DNA of 63,668 bases, counting the filler, from Klebsormidium nitens (lineage: Eukaryota > Plantae > Klebsormidiophyceae), in assembly GCA_000708835.1 (NCBI GenBank). It is 5 parts of 5 records of this genome, joined end to end, with 100 filler letters (N's around TTAATTAATTAA, not from the genome) between each part and the next. Parts side by side here need not be neighbours in the genome. Positions count along the whole stretch, not along the records: positions 31,870 to 39,606 come from DF238279.1; positions 39,707 to 46,396 come from DF238411.1; 3 more parts are not named here. One strand, written 5' to 3'. The notes under the pieces are model-generated. The model did no database searches and was not told the origin of the DNA. It worked only from the letters and a program-made list of their open reading frames with translations. This document shows positions 32,960-44,600 of the stretch, piece by piece. The stretch's first letter is position 1. Each line of letters begins with the position of its first letter. The position numbers were made by a program, and so were the translations under genes.

Positions 32960-35900
32960 CGTTGATGATTTCCAACAGTTCTGATCCGTTTACGTCCAAA
33001 AAAGCTCAGCATATACCAGCTCTTACGTTCTCGTGGCCCGTCTTGCGCACCGCAAAGATGCTTGCTCCTTGTCAGCCGCACTTCAAGTGGCGTTGCAGCT
33101 CGCCCCGACGTCGCACGAATACAAACTTTGGTTCTTCACAAAGCCCTTTAATTGTAAAGATAACATTTGAAATTGAATAGAAACAAAAGTCGGAGAGAGC
33201 AGATGAGCAGGCCGGGACGACAGCACTTCTCGTGGCCCGTCCTGCGCACCGCAAAACTGCTTGCCGCTTTTGAGCCGCACTTCAAGTGGCGTTGCAGCTC
33301 GCGCCAACGTCACACGATTACAAACTTTGGCTCTCTACAAAGCCCTTTAAGTGTAGATGATACAAAAAAGGTCCAAAAAGAAAAGTCGAACTGAACAGGC
33401 CGGGACTCACAGCATCTCGTGTGGCCCGTCCTATGCCGTGCAAAACTGGGTGACGGTTTTGAAGCTTTTGAGCCGCACTCCAGAAGGCCTCGGAGCTCGC
33501 CCTGTCATTTGCACGATTAGTAACTTTGGCTTTTTACAAAGCCCTTTGAACGTAGATAATATGCCTTGGTCACACAACTAAAATTCGAAGTGAGCAGGCC
33601 GGGACGACATCACGTCTCGTGGCCCGTCCCGGCGCAGCGCGAAACTGCTTGCCGGTTTTCTGCCGCACTTAAAGTGGCGTTGCAGCTCGCACCGACTTCG
33701 CACGATTAGACACTGTGGCTCTTTACAAAGCCTCTTGAATGTAGTTGATATGCACCGGGCCCAAAACGAAAACTCGAAGTGAGCAGGCCGCGCGACAGTG
33801 TTCTCGTGACCCGTCGTATGCGGTGCAAAACTGGCTAACGGTTTTGAGCCGCACTTCAAATGGCGAGGGAGTTTGCGCCGATCCCGCACGCCTTCGTGGT
33901 TTGGCACTATGAAAAGCCATTTAAATCTAGATGACAAGAACGAGGCCCGGAAAGCGAACTCAAAGCGAGCAGGCCGGGGCGACAACACTTCTCGTGGCCC
34001 GTCGTATGCGGCGCAAACTTACTGGCTGCCGGTTCTGAGGCGCACTTCGAGTGGCGGTTGCAGCTCGCCCCGAGGTCGCACGATGACAAACTTTGGCTCT
34101 TTTCAGAGCCCTTTGTATGTAGAAGATATAATTTGGGACCAGAAAGAAAATTCGTGAGTGAGCACGCCGGGACGACATCACTTCTCGTGGCCCGTCTTGT
34201 GCGACGCAAAACTGGGTCACGATTTTGAGCCGCACTCCAGAAGGCCTCGACGCTCGCCCCATCATCGCATGCCTACAAACTTTGGATCTTTTCGAAGCTC
34301 TTTGAATGCAGATGATATGCCTTGGGCACAAAAGTAGTATTCGAAGTGGGCAGGCCGGGACGACATCACTTCTTGTGGCCCGTACTGTGCAGCGCATAAC
34401 CGCGTGCCGGTTCTCAGCCGCACTTCAAAGGGCGTTACAGCTCGCCCCGACGTCGCACGATTACAAAATTTAGCTCTTTACAAAGCCCTTTGAATGTAAA
34501 AGATACTATTTGGGCCCAGAAAAAATAGTCGAAGTGAGCAGGCCGAAACGTCTGCACTTCTGATGGCCCGTCCCGTGAGACGTAAAACTGGGTGATGGTT
34601 TTGAGCCGCACTTCAGGGGGCGTTGCAGCTCGTCCCGACGTTGCACGATTACAAACTCCGGTTCTTTACAAAGCCCCTCGAATGTAGACAGTACTCCCCG
34701 GGCCCAAAAAGAATAACCGGAGTGAGCAGGCCGGGGCGACAGTTCTTCTCGTGGCCCGTCCTATCCCACACAAAACTGGGTGACGGTTTCAAGCGGCACT
34801 CCAAGATACCTCGAAGCTCGCCCCATCGTCGCACGACTGCAAGCTTTGGCTCTAAACAAAGATCTTTGAATGTAAATCATACTTCCTAAGCCCAGAAACC
34901 AAATTCGAAATGAACAAGCCGGGGCGACAGTACTTCTCGTGGCCCGTCCTATGGCACGCAAAACTGGGTGACGGTTTCAAGCCGCACTCCAAAAACCCTC
35001 GAAGCTCGCCCCATCGTCGCACGACTGCAAACTTTGGCTCTAAACAAAGCTCTTTGAATGTAGATTATACGTACTAAGCCCAGAAACCAAATTCGAAATG
35101 AAAAATCCGGGGCGACAGTACTTCTCGTGGCCCGTCCTATGCCACGCAAAACTGGGTGACGGTTTCAAGCCGCACTCCAAAAACCCTCGAAGCCCGCCCC
35201 ATCGTCGCACGACTGCAAGCTTTGGCTCTGAACAAAGCCCTTTGAATGTAGATCATATGACATTGGCCCGGAAACCATGTTCAAGACGAGCAAGCCGGGG
35301 CGACAGCACCTCTCGTGGCCCGTCCTATGCCGCGCAAATTGGCTGCCGGTTTTTGGCCGCACTTCGAGTGGCTTTGCAGCTCGCCCCGACGTCGCATGAT
35401 ATATTACAAACTTTGGCTCTTTACAAACGCTTTTGAATGTACTTAATAAGCCTTTGTCGCAGAAAAAGAATTTGAAGTGAGCAGGCCGGGACAAAAGCGT
35501 TTCTCGTGGCCCGTCCTATGCGGCGCGGAACTGGGTTTACAGTTTCGTGGCGCACTGCAGGTGGCGTTGCAATTCGCGCCGATCCCGCACGATTTGGGTC
35601 TTTGACTCTATATACAAAAACCGTTGAATGTAGACGCTACGCAGTGTGCCCAAAAAACAAAGTAGAAGTGAGCAGGTCGGGGCGGGAGCAAGGCTCTTGT
35701 GGCCCATCCTATGCCGCGCAAAATTGGATGACGGTTTTGAGCCGCGCTTCAAGTGGCGTTGCAGCTCGCTCCAACGTCGCACGATTACAAACTTTGGAGG
35801 CTCTTCACAAAGCTCTTTGAATTTGGATGATATGCCCCCGGACCAGAGAGAGAAGTCAGAGAGAGCAAGCCAGGGCGACTCGTACTTCTCGTGGCCCTTG

Positions 35901-35960
35901 CAATGCGAAGCAGAACAGACGTGGCTGCAGGTTTTCAGCCGCGCCACACTAGGCTGCGTC
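32960..35960. repeat. Satellite array, about 16 units of ~190 bp, two intermixed subtypes
   Basis: CTCGTGGCCCGTC (or variant) recurs every ~190 bp from about 33030 to 35890. Subtypes are GCCGCACTTCAAGTGGCGTTGCAGCTCG and GCCGCACTCCAGAAGGCCTCG. Confidence 0.92.
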
Positions 35961-36179
35961 GGACAGGGCCGTCGTCCGATTTAATGCCAAGCTAATGGGC
36001 TCCTCAAAGCTCGTTCGATTTACGCATCAACTGAAAATTCTAACACCCATCGCTTTGCACTTCTGTATACCAGCTTTCATTGATGTAAAGCTCTTTCACA
36101 TCAATATCATTTACCTTTCGTTTCTTTCTACTCTTTGATGATATCAAAAGCTTCGAAATACGTCACAGCCAGTGGTCAC

Positions 36180-36870
36180 GGGTCCGTAGAGGCTGCCCGG
36201 CTAAGATGGCCGCACTTCTCAAGATCGGACGGCTTTCGTAGGGCCGAGTTCTTTGAGTAATCTCATGCAAGTGCTTTAGTTCCGTATGAAGTTCTTTAAA
36301 ATCCGGATGATCAATTGACTTTTGCATCTGATATTGGCCTCTGTGACGTCAGCAGCGTCGGGACACGTCCATGAGGTGACGGACCGGAACGGACATCCTG
36401 AGGCTGCCCATTTACGAGGGCCGCACTTTGGCGGCTTCTGTAGGGCCCGGTTTCTAGTTAGAGAAATATCAAGTGCTTTATCTCCTAACACTCCGCTATG
36501 AATTTTCTTTTGAACAACTTCTGCATTTCATTTTAAGTCCCTCTCTGTACTGGCGTCACCAGCTTTGGGACACGTCACATGTGATGGACCGTAGCAAACA
36601 TCCAGGCTGCCCGTCTCAGAGGGCCGCACTTTGGGGGTTTTTGTAGGGCCCCGTCTCTTTAGGGCGGACTTCTTTCGAAACTTTCCAGTGCTTTGATTCC
36701 TTAGGAAGCTTTTGGAACTTGAACCCAAATTAACTATTGCATCTCCGAGTCGTTCTCCTCTCTACAATGACGCCAGCAGCTTGACCTTCGCGACCGGGGG
36801 GACGGACTGTAGTGGACATCCAGGCTGCCCGTCTAAGGGGGCCGCGCACTTTGGCGGGTCCTGTTGGGCA
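36180..36870. repeat. Second diverged ~200-bp repeat, 3-4 units
   Basis: AGGCTGCCC...GGGCCGCACTTTGG recurs near 36190, 36400, 36605 and 36820. Confidence 0.6.
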
Positions 36871-39385
36871 GAACTATTAAAAATATAGAATCAAGCGCTT
36901 TGCTTCTGCAAAAAACTCTTCAAAATTAAAGCACATGCAAAGACGTGCACTGTAACGGACAGTGATTGGCAAGTTCCATTGAAACCGTACCCCCTATTTT
37001 AAACTACTGCAGTCCGTTTCAGATCCACGGTCGTGCTGGTCCGCACAGCGGGCGCACAGCTTTGCAGCTTTGAAATGTATTAAGCATGATCACAACGTGA
37101 TCAATCTCTCAATCGAGTCTTGTAAACGCCTTAAAAGTAAGGTTCAAGTTTGTTGTGTTATGCATCATACGATTCGTACTGTTTGCCAATCAATGATAAA
37201 TCGACGAGCTCAATTACTAAACGAGATATTAAACGAACGTAAGGTTGGCAGAAAGTTGTTCGTCTTTAAATAGTATCACCATGCCCTCGGAATCAACATG
37301 ACCCAAATCATTCATGCTGGGTTCACAGTGTTCACATCACGTCAATCGCAGAGCTGTTTGAGTGATCCCAAGAGCTGGATTTACTGAAAGTACGTGCCGG
37401 TACAGCAGTAGTAGTTTTTATATATTTTGGCTTTGTGGCAACTTCGAATCAACCGTAATCAATTATGGGTCGTAACAAAATTGGCAACGCGCGCGGTTGC
37501 GGGCGCGATAACGTCAGTTCGAGCTTGGGTAGGATCACTGTTTTTGGCAGACCTAGTTCCTTTTTGCACCAAATTTATAGTTTTTGGATGACCCCTGCGC
37601 TTCTCCAAGTTTACCCGTAACTATCATTTTGTAGGATCATTGGTCAACCAATGTGATCAGCAAACTGCGTATCTTCGTCGTTTTGCATAGAATGCGTCAC
37701 AAGCTGCATGCTTCATTTACCCAATTGTCATACTAATAGGGGCGTTGTTTCTAGACCCTTTCTAGAATTGTTTTCCAGTACCAATCAGATCACCGTACTA
37801 CCATATGCAAGGCAACTCATCTACTCATCAAGCATGATGTATGTGATGCGGCCGTGCACTGCCAGTTGTGCCAACCAATCACACAATACTACTTCTACTA
37901 CGAAACTTAATTGAGCAACTTTCAATCGACTTGGCCGTGCATCGTCCCCACGTGTCGTCGATTCCATGCAGCGTAAATGTTCGAAAGCACGGCCCGCCGC
38001 TGCAACGACCCGCGTCATTCCGATGGTGTGAGTTTGGCAGCTTGTCGCACCAATGACCAAGGCGGCCTCACTAATAATTCTTTGGTAGTATGGAGGCCGG
38101 CCGAGGCACCGAGGGGCTACTCAACGTACCAAGGCAGCCAATTTGGTGATTGCCCCCCGGACTTTAAAGTTATAAACCGTGAAGAATTACGCCGGGCACC
38201 ACTTAAATTGTTCAGATTTGTGTTGCAAACCTTTAAGCGCGTCAGCATACATCATCCTCAGCAAATATCGCTGCACACGACGTGGTGCTGCAGGCCCGTG
38301 GTGCTTATGAGAGGTTGGTCGCAGGTGCGCCGGCAGCCGAGCGGGGCGGTCCGGGACCAGCCTTCCGTACTTTCGGAACCGGCTCCTCGCCCGGGCCCGG
38401 CATACCGACTCGGTACGGAGTTGCGAATAACCGGAATTCGACGTCGCGACAGAGTCTCGACCGGCGCGCCCGACCACGTCTGTAATATGTACTGTATCAG
38501 CTATGTTTGATCAAGCTGAATAGGAGCATTGTCCACCGTTGGATTGATCACGAGGGCAGTTGCTATTGCCACGTGCTTTGATCGACGTCTACAATAGAAC
38601 CTCGGACTAACTTTATTTGGCTGCTTAATTGCAAGGTGCAACGGAAGCAAGGTGCATCAGTAATAAGTATGGGTACGGCGGTATTGGTACAACGTCACTT
38701 CTGCCAGTCAATCAATTATGATCCATAGTACCTAGGAATAGTACCGTCTTTGCTGCGTTCTGTACGCATTATTCTAGTATTCTGTACTACCGTACCAACC
38801 TACGGTACCCTGGTAGGTACTTCGTACTCGCATTGCAGGGTGCACAGTGGGCGCAGACGGCAGGCTGCCGCCAGCGTCACTTTTGTCAGATTGGAATAAA
38901 GTTCGGACCCGCTTCCCCTCGCGGCGAAACCATGTACCGTACGGCTCGGCTCGGTTCCGAGCAGGCCGTAACTGGCACTGCATTTAATGGCACTATTAAA
39001 TCTGTACGGACAGCGTCACTTTGGTCAGAGTCAAATGTCATTTTTAATACGCCGCAGCTGATCTGCAGAATATATATATGTCACACATGGTGTATCGAAA
39101 TCGAAATCGAAATCGAATAATCATATAGACTGACATGTATATATGTAACGCATGTAACGCTTTCGACAAATTGCATCGAAGCTGTCTCGCGATGGTTCAC
39201 GACAGGCAAGAACATAGGAATTCGACACGTGTCCGCGACATCCCTTTTAGGGGTTGAGACTTGAGTCCCGAAGAACTGACGTTCCTGCCAGGACTCGATC
39301 ACTGGACCTCGAGGCTCGAGCCGTCCGACCAGACTCTTTGCCGACTGGGCTAAAAAGAGCGCGTACGTTTACGGAACCTTCCAAA

Positions 39386-39606
39386 TCTATATAATAAAAG
39401 TCTTCGGCAGTGTACGGCCGTAAATCATGGAACCGATATCGACGACCGTCATTCCTTACACGTGGCAGATTCCTATGTTCTTGCCCTGTCGCAACAGCAC
39501 GAGAGCAGTTTCAACGTTCGACGCGGTTCGGTACGCTTAGTCGATATTCTGCGTTTGTCATCCAGAGTCAGCTCCGAAGATATCTAAACTTCCGTTTTTT
39601 TTCGAT
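39386..39606 (+). mobile_element. Possible Helitron 5' end running into an assembly gap
   Basis: A|TCTATATAATAAAAG matches the Helitron 5' TC terminus pattern; no 3' hairpin-CTAG was found. Confidence 0.4.
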
Positions 39607-39751
39607 NNNNNNNNNNNNNNNNNNNNNNNNNNNNNNNNNNNNNNNNNNNNTTAATTAATTAANNNNNNNNNNNNNNNNNNNNNNNNNNNNNNNNNNNNNN
39701 NNNNNNTCATGCTACCATCTGCTGTAAGGATTTGCATAAAGATATGTACAC

Positions 39752-40237
39752 TCAATGCCACTCAGTGAGATCCTCATCAACGGTAGTACCGTAACGGCTC
39801 AATAAGTCAACCTTCATGCTCTTATAGCTTTGCCAACCAACGTAGCCTCCTTTGGCCCGTCGTTTCTCGAGAATCCTTTGCAACACAAGGTTCTGCATGG
39901 CGGCCTTTTCTCTCTCGTTCGAGGGAACCTCTTCAGCTCGCAGGCCTGCTGCTTCTGGATTACTGGCAATCTCAGAGACCTCTGCAGCAATCATACTCTC
40001 GACAGCTAGGCACGTCATGATCCGCTCCTTGCGTGCGGCCTCCATCGCCTCCCAGAGGGCCTCTGCCATCTCCAATGCAAGAAGCTGCTGTGGAGGGCTC
40101 AGGTCCTCTGTGGTCCGGAAGTCGAGGTCCATTCTGTAACCTACATGAGAAAGCAAGAAAAACTTGCTCATGCACGCGTCCGTGTTGGGAGCCATCCAGG
40201 GAAAAAGACATGGCAGTAAAGAGAAGCCGCTCGACAT
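39752..40237 (-). CDS. Hypothetical helical protein (probably last exon of a spliced gene), divergent from the WNK-REC gene
   Basis: Acceptor TTTCTCATGTAG near 40140, then DLDFRTTEDLSPPQQLLALEMAEALWEAME... to a stop at 39752. Confidence 0.45.
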   Translation of the reverse strand: MSSGFSLLPCLFPWMAPNTDACMSKFFLLSHVGYRMDLDFRTTEDLSPPQQLLALEMAEALWEAMEAARKERIMTCLAVESMIAAEVSEIASNPEAAGLRAEEVPSNEREKAAMQNLVLQRILEKRRAKGGYVGWQSYKSMKVDLLSRYGTTVDEDLTEWH

Positions 40238-40498
40238 GCCGTCCGGGCGGCCAGCTCGAGAACACGGAAGAGCTCTGAGGTGGCTTCGAGCTCCTTCCTC
40301 ACCATGTACAAGGGTGCGAAGGTTGCGAAGTGATTGCTATTGCAATTGCAAGAGATGCCGCCTTTTTTGTTCTGAAGCTCACTTGACGTAGTGTACGTGA
40401 GGCTCCGTCAAGGGCCGCAAGCTTCCCTCGGTCCTCCGTTCAGATCCGGAACTCGGGAGCCGAAAAAAAAGTGAGGGCATGACAGCACACCGAGAGGG

Positions 40499-41686
40499 AT
40501 GCAGAGGTACAGCAAAAGCGACCATATCCTCGGCTCATCCGAGTTTAAAACCTTCTACTCCGGTTTTGACCACAAGCAGGGTGTGGCTGTGGCCTGGTCT
40601 GTGATTGATCTGAAGTCAGGGGAATGCACTGACCAGCTGGTGCGGACGCTCCAGCTCATCCAGAGGGTCGAGCACGACCACATCGTGCGCATCCACGACT
40701 GGTTCTTGGACCCAGACTCGGGAAAGATGCACGTGGTCACTGACCTCTTTAGGCCTGGGAACCTGCGGGACCTGCTAAAGGCTGCTGGGAGGATCGATGA
40801 AATCGTGCTGAGGAGGTGGGGGTGCGACCTGCTGACTGCCATCTCCTTTGTCCACAGCCTCGACGGCCCTCTCCGGATCCGGAACCTGCGCATGGGGAAC
40901 GTGTTGGTGCATCAGGACGTTGGGGTCATCAAGCTGGATCTGCTGAGCGTCTCGTTCCTGTTCACATCCCACGGGTATGCCAGGGAGAGGGTAGAGGCGA
41001 TCAGGGTCATGTCCCCTGAATGTTTGCTCGGCCCAACCGATGAGAAGGTGGATATCTACGGATTTGGTATGGTCATGCTAGAGGCAGCCACCAGGCTCCA
41101 ACCGTACAAGGAGTGCAGCACGGTTGCGAGCCTCTATGACAAAGTGACCCACTTCCAGCCCCCGAAAGCTCTCGGTCAGGTACAGGACAAAGGCCTGCAG
41201 GACATCATAAAGAGGACGCTGCTGAGGGCGTCCGAGCGGCCCTCTGCGCACGACTTGCTCAACCTCCCCTACTTTCGTTTCGAGCCTAGCCTCTGGGGTA
41301 TGCATGTGGTGGTGATTGATGACGACCCAGTGAACCTCAGGATGTGCACCAGGCTTTTGGAAAAGGAGGGCGTCACCGTTGTCCCCTGTAACACCTTCAA
41401 CGAAGTGATCACCCTGCTGTCCACCCGGGCTTTTGCAGCTCTCATTACTGACATCGTCATGCCTAACATGGGCGGTTTCGAGATGAGCGCAAGTTTGCGG
41501 CAACTGAGGTACAACTCGCTGATGATTATTGGGATCAGTGCGCACAAGAGAGAAGACCTTGACGAGCGCATGGCAGAGAGTGGGATGGATGCCTTTGTGC
41601 AGAAGCCCTTTACATTCGAGAACCTGCGGATTGCTTTCACAAAGGCCCGCATGAGGAGAACTTCGAGCGCAAGAGACAATTGCTGA
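40499..41686 (+). CDS. WNK-like pseudokinase fused to a C-terminal response-regulator receiver domain (intronless)
   Basis: WNK N-lobe RYSK...LGSSEFKTFYSGFD..QGVAVAWS, with HRDLK degenerated to IRNLR, DLG to DLL and APE to SPE. Receiver has VIDDDPVN, ITDIVMP (phospho-Asp), ISAH and QKPF intact. Confidence 0.88.
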   Translation: MQRYSKSDHILGSSEFKTFYSGFDHKQGVAVAWSVIDLKSGECTDQLVRTLQLIQRVEHDHIVRIHDWFLDPDSGKMHVVTDLFRPGNLRDLLKAAGRIDEIVLRRWGCDLLTAISFVHSLDGPLRIRNLRMGNVLVHQDVGVIKLDLLSVSFLFTSHGYARERVEAIRVMSPECLLGPTDEKVDIYGFGMVMLEAATRLQPYKECSTVASLYDKVTHFQPPKALGQVQDKGLQDIIKRTLLRASERPSAHDLLNLPYFRFEPSLWGMHVVVIDDDPVNLRMCTRLLEKEGVTVVPCNTFNEVITLLSTRAFAALITDIVMPNMGGFEMSASLRQLRYNSLMIIGISAHKREDLDERMAESGMDAFVQKPFTFENLRIAFTKARMRRTSSARDNC

Positions 41687-41699
41687 GTCTCGGAAGGTA

Positions 41700-44600
41700 G
41701 ATTATGTACTGTACTATATTGCATCTTTTTCGGGTATGGCCTTACATACATACATATCGGCAATTGGAAACCAAAGGGGAAACTCTGTACTGCTAATCTG
41801 TTATATTCTCTTCTCCAAAAAGTAGGTTACAATATTGCATCTTTTTCAGGTATGGCCTTACATACATAGATATCACCAATTGGAAACCAAAGGGAAAACT
41901 CTGTACTGNNNNNNNNNNNNNNNNNNNNNNNNNNNNNNNNNNNNNNNNNNNNNNNNNNNNNNNNNNNNNNNNNNNNNNNNNNNNNNNNNNNNNNNNNNNN
42001 NNNNNNNNNNNNNNNNNNNNNNNNNNNNNNNNNNNNNNNNNNNNNNNNNNNNNNNNNNNNNNNNNNNNNNNNNNNNNNNNNNNNNNNNNNNNNNNNNNNN
42101 NNNNNNNNNNNNNNNNNNNNNNNNNNNNNNNNNNNNNNNNNNNNNNNNNNNNNNNNNNNNNNNNNNNNNNNNNNNNNNNNNNNNNNNNNNNNNNNNNNNN
42201 NNNNNNNNNNNNNNNNNNNNNNNNNNNNNNNNNNNNNNNNNNNNNNNNNNNNNNNNNNNNNNNNNNNNNNNNNNNNNNNNNNNNNNNNNNNNNNNNNNNN
42301 NNNNNNNNNNNNNNNNNNNNNNNNNNNNNNNNNNNNNNNNNNNNNNNNNNNNNNNNNNNNNNNNNNNNNNNNNNNNNNNNNNNNATGGCCTTACATACAT
42401 ACATATCACCAATTGGAAACCAAAGGGGAAACTCTGTACTGCTAATCTGTTATAATTCCTTCCCTGGAGAAGAAAGAAATTATAACAGATTGTAGTATGA
42501 AAGTCTTGGACCCTCGGCCGATTTGCTGATATGTATGTATGTAAGGGTCCCCCCTATCAAACACAGGGAAAAGAGAGAGGGATGGACGACTCACCTGCTC
42601 GCTCCCACCCCCTTTTGACTTTGCCCTAAGCCCCTGATAGCTGCCCGCTCCTCCCTCGCTCTCCTTGTTCCTAAGCCCCTCGTCGAACCCGTTGCTCGCA
42701 CTTCTTTCTTGGCATGCCTGCCTCTTGGCTCTGCGCAGATGCACGGGTCGCGCAGGTGTTCTGGACCCCCTCGTATAACAAAGGATTCGAACCTCAGAAC
42801 TTGAAAGTTCGTCACCATGCATGTGTTTGCACAAGTCTTCCGTCATCTACAACACCCAACCAGCATCTTGCAGGGTGTGGCCTTACATACATACATATCG
42901 GCGATTGGGAACCAAAAAGAAAACTCTGTACTACTAATCTGTTATATTCTCTTCTCCAAAAAGTCGATTACAATATTGCATCTCTTTCAGGTATTGGCCT
43001 TACATACATACATATCGGCACTTGGAAACCAAAGGTAAAACTCTGTACTGTTAATCTGTTATAATTCCTTCCCTGGAGAAGAAAGAAAAAATAACAGATT
43101 GTAGTATGATAGTCTTGGACACCCGGCCGGTTTGCTGATATGTATGTATCTAAGGGTCCTCCCTATCAAACATAGGGAAAAGAGGGTGGGATGGGTGACT
43201 CACCTGTCTCGCCCTTTTGAGCTGCCACCCGCTCCTGCTGGTCCGCCCTTCTGAGCAGGTCCCTCTCTCCCTAAGCCCCTGATGGAAGGTCGCCACCCGC
43301 TGCTGCTTGTCTGCCCTTATGAGCAGGTTCTTGTGTCCCTAAGCCGTTTGGCAGGTCACCAGCCGCTCTTGCTGGTCCGCTACTCTGAGCAGGTGCTTCC
43401 TTTTCAGTGGGATCGGCCGAAGCGTTCTCTGCCAACCGTGCAGCTCCTGTTGAGGCGCCAACAACGCTCGAAAGGGCAGGCGATTGGAGCGTCCGGAATG
43501 GTTGTCTTCGGCGCGTTCTGGAGAGCGACAGGGTGTGGGTGAGACTTTCCTAAGGCTGGAAGAATGAGAATTCGTGGGGCCTTCTTGAGCTTAAATATCA
43601 AACCCTGGATGGCACGCAGGGACGGGTTGGTGGCAAAGGCTGGCTTACCTCCTGCCAAAAGACGCCAAAAAATGCAAGAGCAAGCCATCTTCAAGGTGGT
43701 AAAACCATGCACTCACAAGTTTCTTGAATCTGGGGAGGCTCACCTACCATGCTGGGTGAGTGTTTACAAGTGAGCAAGTGGGCCGCGCACAGGGACAGAG
43801 GCTTGATCGTCGACTTGAAGGTAGTAACAGAAGAAGTACGGGCGTCCTGTTTTTTCGTGCGCTTCCTAAGTTACGCGCGATGCAATAAAGTCGAGAACGA
43901 AAGACTATGCGTGCAACTTGGGGAGACTATCCTTTCGGTACTCGACATATAATGTGGCTGACCGCCGACGCCATCGTGTATCACAGCGCCAGCGCTGCGT
44001 TCCACGAGTTTTCCAACTTTTACACTTCGAACCTGCAGTACCACCATGTTGAGGGCTTTTTCCAGGCAGCCAAGTTCCAGGGCACCGACCCAGAGTACTT
44101 TGAGCGAGTGCGTCTCACCAGCTGGCCGCGATCCGCGAAAGCGCTCGGGCGGCGCCGTCGCATGACGGCAGAACAGCTCAAGGCCTGGGAAGCACGCAAG
44201 GACGGCGTGATGGCAACAGTGCTGCGCGCCAAGTTTGAGCAACACCCGCAGCTGCGGGAGCTGCTCTTATCCGACCGGCGGCAGTCCACTGGTAGAGAAG
44301 CCGGCACGCGGCGATAGGTACTGGGGGTGCGGCGCGAAGGGAGATGGGCGGCCAGAGGAAAGCCAGTTAACTCTGGTATTGTTGCCATTTTCTGCTCTCT
44401 TTCTTTCCCCCGTTACGTTACAGGGGCGACAATTTGGGCGAAAATGGTGATAAGTCCCAGTTCAATAACTTTGCTTGGAGCATCTTTCAGCAACAACTAA
44501 TTGGTATATAGCAGTCAGTCCAGAGAGATGAAATTTCAAAGTCCCCGGCATGCTCTGCTCAGATACACGGATAACAAGCAAAATTCCAAAGGTCCTGTCA

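Noticed and set aside
32960-35960. Satellite as a CRISPR array or a coding repeat
   Set aside because: Whole 190-bp units are repeated with no unique spacers, and the ORFs there are inconsistent across units.
39096-39119. (GAAATC)x4 microsatellite
   Set aside because: Ordinary simple repeat.
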